64,000 nt of DNA, taken from contig OZ218953.1 of assembly GCA_965112735.1 (NCBI GenBank), positions 1,364,001 to 1,428,000 of the forward strand, given 5' to 3'. The DNA comes from Phaeosaccion multiseriatum. Its lineage: Eukaryota; Protista; Ochrophyta, other classes. A program made the position numbers and the translations under genes. The notes below the pieces were generated by a model. That model was not told the DNA's origin, ran no database searches, and saw only the letters and a program-made list of their open reading frames with translations. Shown here piece after piece: positions 10,740-22,246 of the stretch (the stretch's first letter is position 1; each line of letters opens with the position of its first letter).

Positions 10740-13700
10740 ATGGCCAGCAAGGAGGACACCGGCAGCAGCAGCGAGGCGCCGTCACCACCTGTGGAGGGGG
10801 TGGCGCCTGAGGCCGCGCCCGAGGCAGCGAGTGACGCCATGAAGGTCAACATTCGCTGCAGCAATGCTGACAAGTACGAAGTTTCTTGCGACCCCGCCTC
10901 CACCGTCCTGGACTTCAAGCGAAGCATCGCGGACAAGACGAGTATTGCGGCCGAGTCCATGCGACTCATTTACAGGGGACGCATCTTGAAGGACGCAGAG
11001 ACCATACAAAGCTACTGTAAGTGGTGCAGCCACAGCAGAGAGAGAGAGACGGCAGGAATCAGGTTCCTTTCTGCTGGTACTGTGGAAGTCGTCGGCTCCG
11101 TTCAATCGCGTCATCCAATGGTTGCCTGGCTGCCCCCCGTGTTGAGCTTGCTGACTCGTCCACACCTTCTTTTCTTCGTATGAACCTCAAAACTCCGTCT
11201 GACTCCCTCAAAGAATGTCACGTTCTAAAGAACACGAGCGACTAGCATGCACGCAGTCGGGTGGTCACCGCTTTTGTCTCCGCGCAGCGCGTCCAAGTGC
11301 TGCTCACTTACCTTCCTCCACCCCGTTCACCCCTTCTACCCCCACGCCTAACAGCTGTAAAGAACGGCGAGACGATTCACTTGGTGAAGGGTGCCAAACC
11401 AGCGGCAGCGTCTGCCCCTCCCGCCCAACCTACGCCAGCGGCAGCGGCAGGAGGAGGAGGGGATGGAGCGGCGGGGGCGGGGATGGGAGGTTTCCCACCC
11501 ATGCCGGGGGCAGTAGGAGGAGCAGCAGGCGCGGCGAACCCCTTTGCCGCTCTTTTCGGTGGGGCCGCTGGCGGCGCCGGGGCGCCTGGAGGAATGCCCC
11601 CGATGCCTGACGTGAATCAAATGCAGCAACAGCTCATGCGCAATCCGGAGATGATGGCCAACATTATGAACTCGCCCATGATGCAGGGGCTGCTCAACAA
11701 CCCAGACACGATGCGAAATATGGTGAGACGCACAAGAGGGGGAGAGACGCCGCTTAACATTGAGTCGTGGAGTCTTTCAAAGTGCTGACATACACATCTG
11801 GAGACATGAACTCAGCCGCACCAAGACCTTCCCCCCCTCTTGGCGAGCCTTACTCACCTTGGACCCACGCATCATCCTCATCATGCCATCCATCCACCCA
11901 CCCACACCCACCCACACCCATACCCTACCCCCAGATGATGAACAACCCGCAGATGCAGCAAGTGATGGAGCAGAACCCTCAGCTACGGCACGTGCTCGAC
12001 GATCCCGCCGTGATGCAGCAGGCCCTCAACGCTATGCGCAACCCCGCTGCCATGCAGGAGATGATGCGCAGTCAGGACAGAGCGATGAGCAACATTGAGT
12101 CCATGCCGGGGGGCTTCAACGCATTGAGGCGTATGTACACTGAGGTGGGTTGGGAGACGGAGAGCGTGAAGGGGGGGGGGCGGAGCGTGATCGGATGTTG
12201 CTGTCCATGAGCAGCAGAGGCTTGGCTTTCTTTGCCCTTCCTCGTGCGCGCGTGCCGTGTGTAGGCAGTGTACGCAGGTTCTTCCCTCTCCTGTCCTTGA
12301 CAGACGCACCTCTCACCGTTGCACTCGCTGCTGCTCTTTTTTATATCTGGTGGCAGGTGCAAGAGCCCATGATGCAGGCCACGCAGGGTATGGACAATAG
12401 GGAGAGCACGGAGGGAAGCTCCGATGCCTCCGGTAACTCTTCCTCCGGAGGCGCGTCCTTTCCCAACCCGTGGGCAGGGCCTGCCGCCGGCACAGCACCA
12501 GCCGCTGCGCCAGGTGAGGGAGGGAAGAGGGAAGAGGGGGGCTTGGTTTGGGTGGTGGGTGAGCAAGTATAGGTTGACTGACTTGCACACAGTAAGCAGT
12601 CCGTTACTCAAGTGACGTGAGTGGGATTCTGTGGGTGTGGGGTGGGTGAAATGGAAATAGTGTGGGACTCAGCCGTGGCGAATTCGGTATGGGCTTGTAA
12701 CTTGGGAAGTGGAGCACTTGCTTACTCCCGCCTTTCTCTCTCTCTCTCTCCCTCTCTCTTGTCTGTCTGCCTTTGTCTCTGCACGTGCCCAGGAGCGACA
12801 GGAGCGGGTGGTGCAGCGGCCAACCCAGCAGCCAACCCTTTCGGTGCCTTTGCCAACCCCTGGGCAGCGGGCGGAGGTGCAGCAGCCAGCAACCCTTGGG
12901 CAGCGTTGGGGATGATGGGGGGAGGAGCGCCGGGAGCACCAGGAGGAAGCGGGGCAGCAGCAGGGGCACCAGCAGGGGCACCAGCAGGGGGGGCAGCAGC
13001 AGGGGCGGGAGGGACACCAGGAGGTGCAACACCGGGTTTCCCAGGTATGCCACCAGGAGGGATGGACCCCAATATGATGGCGGCAATGATGCAGAACCCT
13101 CAGGTGCAGCAGATGATGCAAGAGAGCTTGCAAAACCCCGCCATGTTGGACCAAATCGCCGCCACCAACCCGCAGCTTCAGCAAATGCTGCAGGCCAACC
13201 CGGGCATGCGAGAGCAAATGCCCCATATAATGCGCTCCATGGCAGACCCGAACACCTTCCAAGCCATGATGAATATGCAGCAGTCGATGGCGCAGCTGCA
13301 GCAGGCAGGGGTGCTGCCGCCCGGGATGGGGGGCATGATGGGGGGAGGCTTCCCTCCTGCCCCGCCTGCAGCGACGGGGGGCGGGCTGGACTTTAGCTCT
13401 TTGCTAGGGGGAGGAGGAGGAGGAGGAGGAGGAGGAGGAGGAGGAGGAGGAGGAGGAGGAGGAGACGCAGGAGGAGGAGACGCAGGAGGAGGAGGGGGGG
13501 GTGTACCAAACCTTGCTTCTCTGTTTGCGGCCATGCAGCCACCCGGTGGTGCCACGGGAGCACCAGCCACTCCCACCATCCCCACCCCTGCTGCCAACCC
13601 AGAAGAGACGTACGCATCTCAGCTGGCCAGCCTCGATGGCATGGGCTTCACGGACCGGGCGGCCAATATTCGGGCTCTCGTGTCGGCCAGGGGCAATGTC

Positions 13701-13742
13701 AACCTTGCTGTGGAGAGGTTGCTTAGCGGAGGGCAATTGTAA
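10740..13742 (+). CDS. DSK2: Ubiquilin / Dsk2 (UBL-STI1-UBA)
   Basis: UBL ([16 protein letters not shown]), STI1 repeats ([26 protein letters not shown]), UBA ([31 protein letters not shown]); five exons with GT-AG introns. Confidence 0.95.
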
Positions 13743-14306
13743 ACTACGTCAGACAGACAGTGAGAGTGACAGACGGGCAGACAGCCAATCAGACAGACAG
13801 GCAGACAGACGGGCAGGACTGTCTGACGGGCAGACAGCCAATCAGACACACACGCAGACGGACAGACAGACAGACGGGTGCGGCTCAGGAAGGGCTTGCA
13901 TCAAGAAGGGGCGTGGGGGCGTTATGGGGGGGGGGCGCAGAGAATGACCAGGGTTGGGGGGGAGGGGGCGGCACCAAGCAAACGCAAATCACTCCCACCA
14001 TGTACAGTGCTTCAATCAATCAATGTCAGAGGAGGGAGCAAGGAGCAGGCAGTCCCCGGTGTGTGTTTACTTTTTTCAGATGGCAATTCTTTATTTACGA
14101 ACCCCCCAACCCGGTGCCGGTGCTTTCAAGACTTGTTGCGCATTGGAAAATAAAAGAATTTGTTTTTTTCGGCCAAGCAACCTCTCCCTTCTTGTACTCA
14201 TGTCCTATTCTTGAAAATTAAAAAAAATAAAACGAGTGCTCTGGCAAATGTTTGAATGCGACGGCCTTGAGGGCCCCAAATATACATGAGGGATCACACT
14301 GCAATA

Positions 14307-15747
14307 TCAAAGTATGCATGAACCACTGTCGCTGCGGTGGCCCCCTTCTTGCTCTCCCTCTTGCTCATCCCGCTCCTCTGTCTCTCCCTTGACGCCATCT
14401 GCGGCACCTCCTTCTGCGTCAGGGGTTACACCCGCCTCTGTTCCGCAGTCCTCATGCGGCGTATCAAATGACCCATAGAGCGAGGCTTCTTCGTCGCCGT
14501 CGGACTTGTCATCGCCCCCCCCATCTCCTATTCGCCCATTCGCAAACCTTTGCCGAGCCCTGCCCTCTCTGTACATTCGCGCTACATAGTAAGCGTCCTC
14601 CTCTCGAAGCCGCTGGGTTCCCTCCACGTCCGCCTGCTCCAGCTTCTGTGCCAGCGCTTCTCCTTCCCCCCCCCTACTTCCCCCTGCTTCCCCCCCCCCC
14701 CCCGCGCCCCCCGGCTGCAGCTCCTTGAGCTGCTGCACAAAGCCTGGATTGGGACAGATGGACTCTCTGCGAGCCGTGGTGTACTGTAAGGCCTCGTCGT
14801 ACGGCATGCCCAGGTGTAACATGAGGTAGGCGATGACAATGGTGGCGCTCCGAGAAATACCGGCGGAGCAGTGCACCAGAACCTGCAATACATCAAAGCA
14901 AAACCCAGCAGCAAGTCAGTCAAGCAATAATACACACATACACGAATACACGCAAGCAAGGGCAATAGAGTGAGCGGAGGGCTCTGTTATCTTCCCATCT
15001 GCGCTGTACTCCACAAACGAACTCGTCAAGTCTCCCCCCCCCCCCACCCCCTATACTCAATCCCGGTAGCAAGACAAGCGTGTGTGGAACGGCTCACCTT
15101 TCCCTTGCTGCACCTCGAGTTGTGGATGAAGGTGAGCAGCTCGCCGAAGTGCTCGTGCAGGTCCGTGAAGGGGCTGTCCGCACACTTCACCTGCAGCTTC
15201 CCAAGAAGCGGCGTTTTCTCTGGTTTCAATGAAAGGAGAGACAGCAACCAAGTCAGCACATTTCTCTCAACTTGGAGTCAGTCCCCCATCGCATGTACTC
15301 ACCATGAGGGCCTACGTTACAAACACTGACACAGTGAGTGACGCCCTCCTTGATGAACCAGTCCGGAGCGTTTAGCACGTCTGAGCCGCCCAAATAAAGA
15401 CCTGATACGACAGAGGGAGCAGTCATGTACGAGCAGTGGGGAGGAGACATCAGACATGAGACATAATGCGGATCTGTCTGTTCGTGCATCTGCGTGTCAA
15501 AGGCGGGTAAGAGGGGCACTACAACGTCAACATACCATTCAGAATCGCTGCCGGCGCTGAGGATTCTACCTCAGCTGCTCCAGCACCGAAAGTTGGGGCG
15601 ATCTTGGCTCGCTTCCTTCTCCGGCACGAGGGTGGCGGCGGTGGAACCGCTTCGCAGGTCAGCGCCTCGTCCAAAGTCGGGTTAGGCCCGCCTAAGCCTT
15701 CGTCTCGCCGTCTCTTTTGGGAGGGCCGCGGAGGCGGAGAGACCTCG

Positions 15748-15785
<38 letters not shown>

Positions 15786-15992
15786 GCTGCTACTGCTACT
15801 ACTACTACTACTGCTCCTCCTACCATTACCTGGAAGACTCCCCACACGTCCCTCCAAGACTTCCGTCGACATTTGCTTCAGCTGCTGCCGCTGCTGCTGA
15901 GGCAAAAGAAGTCCTCCCGCTTGTCCTGTAACGTCACTGTGAAGAACCTCTGCCGCGAGACTCGGAGCTCTTCGCTTCTCACTTCTCGCCAT
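14307..15992 (-). CDS. Dual-specificity protein phosphatase
   Basis: SGLYLGG, THCVSVC, CADSPFTDL, catalytic VHCSAGISRS, IVIAYLM, ICPNPGFVQQL across four exons; start ATG tentative. Confidence 0.9.
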
Positions 15993-16175
15993 ATTACCTT
16001 CTCTCCTCCTTCTCCTCCTCCTCCTCCTGTTGAAGAGGGACAACTGGCATTGAAACTGCTCAGCCTTGAGTTTCAATTCTTTTTCCCCTCCCTTGTTACT
16101 TTTAATCCTCTTGGAACAGCGCAGCCATGACTTGATGTAAAGGAGAGCCGATGGGAAGCCAAAGACATCGGTGAG

Positions 16176-18137
16176 ATGAGCGCAAGAATCTCTGTTCTCT
16201 CCGCCACTGCCGCCCCTCTCCCCCCCCCTCCCTTGGAGGAAGAGGGAGAATGCTCGCCTGGTTTCGCTTTACGCGAGGGCATCCTTGCGCCTGAGGCTTT
16301 GGAGACACTTGGGGTGGAGCTGGAAGGACTGTATGCCGGAGCACGGTCTGGTGAGGTGAGATTGAGCACCCCTCTCCGGGAGGCTTCCAGCAGACCCAGG
16401 GATCAGCAGAGAGGGAGTGGGAAGAGCCAGAGAGCGCGCAAGAGGCACCCCATAATGACACATGAATGCTCGCTCGCGTGTGCTTGCTATTGTTGCATTC
16501 TTCTGTGTGGCAGATTGAGCTGAAAGGGCGCAGCTTATGGGCACCCAAGAGGGACGAGAAGTGGGAAGAGGGACGCGCGCACGACGCCATACACTTCGGG
16601 GTGTTCGTGGCTCCCTCTGGTCGGGCAGAAGCCAGGTAGGAGATAGCTGGGTGAGTGGACCTTCGACTGACCATCTTGCCCATTGTGTGGCGGCTTCTTA
16701 TTGCTTCCCCTGCTTGCTGCTCCCTCTCGCCAGAGCCCTGGAAAGCGTGCCTGAGCTCTTCGACAGCCTCTGGGCAGCCTTGGCGGCGAGTGGGATTGAC
16801 GACAAGGGCGACGCTCCGCAACTGGCGGTAACTGTTCACTTTTATGCCCCAGGACAATACAGCTCCAGCCTGGCCCGGAAGCCGAAGGGAGGCGGGGATT
16901 TCGAGTGGCCGCTTACTCTCGTTGGGGTCCGAGGCTCCGTTGGCTGTGTCGGGGGAGCGGCGCAGACGAGGCCAGTACAAGCAGAGCAGAGCAAAGAAGC
17001 AGAAGAAGAAGAAGCCGAGGCATCGCAGCAAATACCCCCAGGCGCGTGCTTGCTATGGAATGGTGCGGAGGAGGACCACCTGTCCATCCTCCCAAGTGCT
17101 GAGAGTCGACTTGTCGTCACTCTGCGACGCCTCACGCCGCGGGCTGCAGCTCGCCTCGCAGGACCTGCTTCTAGGCCGGCCAGGCACCAGAGAGGGGATA
17201 CGCCTGACAAGGTCCAGGTGCGTGTCACTGCGCCGCACCCGCCCATCCATCCCCATCCCCTTTTTGGCCTACACGGCTGACTTCGGCTGCCTTCCCCATC
17301 CCTCCTCCGTTCGGTCGACCAACACACGAACGAGCAGGTGCTCATTCCGGGAGCGCCAGTGCTCGTGATGGAGGAGGGTGGCGGGGGCGGGGACTGCCGA
17401 AGGACCCCCACACTGGAGGCAGAGCATGTGCATGCTGTGTATGACACTATCGCCAAGCACTGGAGCCACACGCGGTACAAGGCGTGGTGAGTAATTTTGA
17501 GATGCCCTCCCTCCTTCGTGGTGAGTGGTGAGCTCCTTACTTCTCCCTTCGCTCCTTCCTGCTCTTCCCTCCTTTCTCCCCGTCGCCCGCTTCAACTTGA
17601 TGACGCTGAGCTCTTGCTGCTGCTGCTGCTGCTGCTGCTGCTGACACTGCTGCTGAATACTGGTCCTCCCACCACCCGACGGTGGCACAACAGGCCAAAG
17701 GTGGCGGACTTTCTGAGCGAGCGACACAGGCACGCCCTTATCGCCGATGTTGGGTGCGGTAATGGCAAGTACCTCCGCTGCACCAACGCCTCCAGGGGTC
17801 ATGTGCTGCTGGGCAGCGACGTCAGCACGCCCCTGCTGGAGGAGTGTTGCAGGCGCTTCCAGGAGAGCCAAGGCGAGAAGGTGGAGGTGCGTGTGGGCGA
17901 ATGTGTGAATGCAAATGAGTTAGTGAAAGTGCATGTCGGAGGAGCGTTGTTGGGATGGGAGGGGGGGGAGGGAGGGATGTGCGTTGCGCGTGGGGCGTTG
18001 GTGTTTGATGGTTTGGTGTGGGTTAGGGGTGCCCACCCTTGACGTGAAGGAAAGGCCTTCTTTTCTCCGTTCATCTGATGCTCTGCTGATAAAAGCTCTC
18101 TGCGGCAGTAGCAGAAAGCAGAGCAAGCAGCAGCGGC

Positions 18138-18174
<37 letters not shown>

Positions 18175-19302
18175 ACCCCGCTACTACTCGAGAAGGCCCC
18201 ACCCCCATGCCGTGTACTTCCTTCCTTTGTGTTCCTATACCCTGCATTGGTGTTCACGGCGCAGGTGGTGGGTGCAGATGCAATGACTCTGCCCTATCGC
18301 GACGCGTGTTTCGACGGCGCCATCTGTATCGCCGTTCTGCACCACTTATCCACGGTAAGGAAGGAAGGAAGGTCACCCTAGGTCACCTTCACCACCCAAA
18401 AACCTTTCCTCAAGAAAGAAGCGAATGAACGCCTCAATGCCCTCCCACCCCCTGCTGCCACTCCGCCTCCGACTACAACGCAAACAGGAGCCCCGGCGGC
18501 TGCAAGCCCTGCGTGAGATTCACCGCATCCTCAGGCCCGGGGCGGAGGTGCTGGTGTACGCGTGGGCGCGTGAGCAGGGCCAGGAGTCGCGGCGCCGCTT
18601 CGACCACGCGGATGTGCTTGTGCCCTGGAACGAGGGCAGGCAGCACCAAGACGAGGAGGTGAGGGAGGCGTGTCGAGGCAGGCGTGCTGAGGCGGGTGGG
18701 CGTGCGTGCGTGCGTGCGTGTGTGCTTGCGCCAGTCGTCAAGGCTCATGAATCAATCACACACCATCACACACCGCTCACTCATGGATAGTCCCCGACTG
18801 ATCGACTGACTGACTGACTCCCACTCACTGCGATCTCCCGACCAATTCACTGACTGACTGACTGACTGACTGACTGACTGACTGACTGACTGACTGACCG
18901 ACCGACCGACTATCCGACTGACTGACCGATTGCCCGACGGACCGACTGATTGACTGACTGACTGACTGACTGACTGACTGACTGACTGACTGACTGACTG
19001 CCTAACTGCCTGCCTGACTGACTGACTGACTGCCCTGTCCCTGCCGACCCTTTGCCGACCGTGCCTGTCTGCAGGTCCCCGTCAAAGCGGAGCACGCCGT
19101 GACTGACGTCCAAGGAAACCGCATCCTGCAGAGGTACTGCCACGTGTACCAAGAAGGGGAGCTCGAGGGCCTCTTCGCCCAGCTCGGGCCTATGTTTGAA
19201 GTTGTGCACAGCTTCTACGACTGCTCCAACTGGTGTGTGGTGGCTCGAAGGACGGACGTGGCTCATGGGAATCATCGCATGCCGCCACTACCAGAGGTAT
19301 AG
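16176..19302 (+). CDS. ALKBH8: ALKBH8/Trm9-like tRNA wobble-uridine methyltransferase with a degenerate AlkB-like N-terminal domain
   Basis: EAEHVHAVYDTIAKHWSHTRYKAWPKV, DVGCGNGKY, IAVLHHLST, VYAWAREQ, DVLVPW, RYCHVY..GEL, SNWCVV. Upstream AlkB-like strands (VHFYAPGQ ... RLVVTLR). Confidence 0.88.
18797..19031 (+). repeat. Intronic (CTGA)n microsatellite (tandem CTGAC branch-point-like motif)
   Basis: Long ACTG/CTGAC runs just upstream of the acceptor at ~19074. Confidence 0.9.
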
Positions 19303-22246
19303 ATAGAGAGAGAGAGAGAGGGGGGGGAGGCGCTCCGATGCTTCTTGTTTGTTCTCATGTTTTTGGACCCACAGGATGCCATACTTATTTTTATTTTCAA
19401 CCAGCAGCTTGCGATCTATCCCTCTCCTGTGTAAGTAGTTTGAGCAACAACGAAAAAAAAAAAAAAGGCCGAGGAAAGAAGGGGTCGAAATAGGGGGAGG
19501 ATTCCTATTAAGTCAATAAATTTGTCTCCCCCTTGTATGTCAATTAACCGCCCTGGATGTCAGTAGAATCAACATTTTGAGTGGGCTCAGGAAAAGAGGT
19601 ATTACGCACGCTACAGAGCACCACAGGCGAAGCGCTTCGGGAGATCTGAGGCAAAGACCGTATTCTAGATGTTGAGCAGCTTAAAGTCTGATTGTTGCGT
19701 CTGTATAGAGCGATTTAGGAGGTGAAATGTGCTGCTATGTTGACGAGATCTTTGCCCCTGAACAAGGGAGAAAGAGAGAGGCGTAGCTCACACAAGAGGT
19801 AATAATCTTCGGGCTGAATACGGATTATGTAGTCAAATAGCCGATGTGAAGCTGGGAGCGCGGTCTTAGGAGATAGTGGGCTAACATGTGGAGCTGAAAT
19901 GTCCGTTGCTTTGGCGGGAATTTGGGCCTCATACAAGGGGGGAGTGGGGGAAGAGCGTGTGCGAGCAAGAGCCCATGAGGGAGGAATGGCTTTGAGCAGA
20001 CTGCGACCCACATATGGACGTCGACGTTGAGCAGCTAAGAGTGCGATTGCAGGTGCTGTGGAGCAGAAGGGGTGAGGCGAGATGGAAACACCTATGGCAG
20101 CAGTTTTCACCTCAAAAATGGTGAGGAGAGGGAGGAGCGTGTGCGACCAGCAGACCACGAGATATGAAACCCTTGAGAAGACTTGAGGGATACATAGTCT
20201 GCTGAGTGCTGGGCAGCTCGAAGTGTCCTTTCAGGAGCTACAGAGTGAGGGAGAGAATTTACAAGTGTGAAGGGCCCCTTTTCGTCGTCATCCTGACCCT
20301 CGATCGAGGGGGAAGAGAGGGTATGACGATAGATATGGGCCAGATACAACGCGAGGCTACACCTCATGACCATGCGCCGATTTGGTACTCTTTACATGCT
20401 CTCCTTGGCGAGGATGCGATTTACAACGCTATCTATGTGTATATTCGTCATTTTAACCCAATTTCACGGATGGGCAGCTCCAACTGTACACACACTGCCC
20501 CTCCTCCCCTTATCGGTGCTGCTACGGCTACTACTACTATAGATGCTGCACGAGGCTCCGTCTTACCTGCGAAATCCGTCTCGGTAGCCCGCCAAGCCCT
20601 CCTCTGGCAGCTCCTAACCCCCCTGCCACGGCCTCCACCCCACTTTCTCTGCATACAGAGCGGTCAGCGACTTGAGTATGGCCTTGCGGCTCATCGCCCT
20701 GTCGCCCCTGAGCCACAATCGCTTCTCGACCATGTGCCACGACGAGCACCACCACCCACAGCAACAGCACGCTACCTCCCCCCCCCCCCTTCTCCGGCTC
20801 AGCTCCCATGGCCGCCTCGGCTGCCGATGGCGCGTCCAGCTGCTGCTTGATTGAGCTTCTCTCACTCGTGGCTGGTAGGCTTCAATACAATCACGCTCAT
20901 CCGCAGTAGCCAGGAGGAGCTGCAGCTGATCGTGCAGCAACGGCGTCCCCCGGGGTGGACGACGAGGCGGATAAGCTTGACTTCTATCTGGACGCCTGCT
21001 TCTCTTCCCCCCGCTCGTCTGGCCACTGCCGCTCGTGAACCCCTTGCTCCTTACCTTCTCGCTCCCTGAAGAGAGGCAGGATGGTCGCCGCAGTCGTTCT
21101 CCTGCCCCGGTAATGACCCTCGTGATGACCTAACCGAAGGGGCCAAAATTAGGGAGGTGGACACGAGGTGATTTCCCATGTCTGGTTAAGCTCGCTGAAG
21201 CTGAAAGTTGGACATCTGACAGCTCACACACTAGATGCCACAACATACCTTGTGTCGCCATTGACTCTGCCGGGAAGGTTCCTTCCCTTTCCTCTCCACC
21301 CTCATACTTCGCCACCTGTGCAGTGACCTCGGGAGAAGATGTCGAAGTCCCCCCGATAGCCCCACCACCCACGTCCCGCAATAACAGGGGGCAGGGGAGT
21401 TAGTATTACGCCCCTTAAGCAAGACCGATGCTCTGACAGGGCGTGGGATCGGCTGCTCATGACCTCACAAAAAGGACCCTTCAAAGGCAAAAGAGAGGGG
21501 AGTACACGTATGCGATTGTGCACATGGGATTATGACCTTTGAAGCTAAAACTTTGTCACAAGCCAGGCTACATATGAGTGATGTTGATCCCACTTGGACC
21601 CCTCGTAACTGCCAGGCAAAGCCTTCCATCTCACGCCCTCTCCCCCTCTCGTGCGCCCTCACATTTTCGGCCACCGCGGGCGACGACCTGCCATAGACCT
21701 CTTGCCCTCCGCCCATGGACAGCGGCGGTACGGGAGTCGTCAGACGTATCCTGCGGACCAGATGACGCCCTGATGGGCCCTGAAAATGGGTAGAATAGAG
21801 CAGCGTCCACGTCTCAGAGACATGCAACTGTGAAGGTGGAGTACCCTAACTTCAGGGGCCAAAGTGCCGACGAGCTGGAGGCGCAAGAGCATGCGTTGCA
21901 TATGAAAAGTTTCGTATACTCCTGGAGAAGAGATACTGTCTTGGACCCCGCTTATCTCTATGGGTATACCCCCCTCCGTCCTCTCTCTCTATCGAAACCA
22001 AGGTTGGAGAAAAACGCACCTTTGCCGCTCACCCGCTAACTCTTGCCACAAAGCTGCTGCGAGCACGCTCTCAGCTGCCCAATCCCGAGTTCACTGTGTT
22101 TTCCTCAAGCTTGCGCAAGCGCTTCGTCTGGGATAGTCGGTATGTCTTGTATTCGTCTCCTCCCTCACGTGCCCCACCCGATTCAAAAAAATGCCCAAAA
22201 AATTTCGGTCCTACTGACATCCAGGGCGGTTAATTGACATACAAGG

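Noticed and set aside
19500-21570. Several ORFs upstream of the phytochrome
   Set aside because: No family motifs and no coherent exon chain, so they are left unannotated.
257-21793. Alternative genetic code suggested by in-frame TGA (257), TAG (3670) and TAG (21791)
   Set aside because: Conserved genes end at expected positions with TAG (RPS28), TGA (eIF2-alpha, PACRG) and TAA (DSK2), so all three codons are stops.
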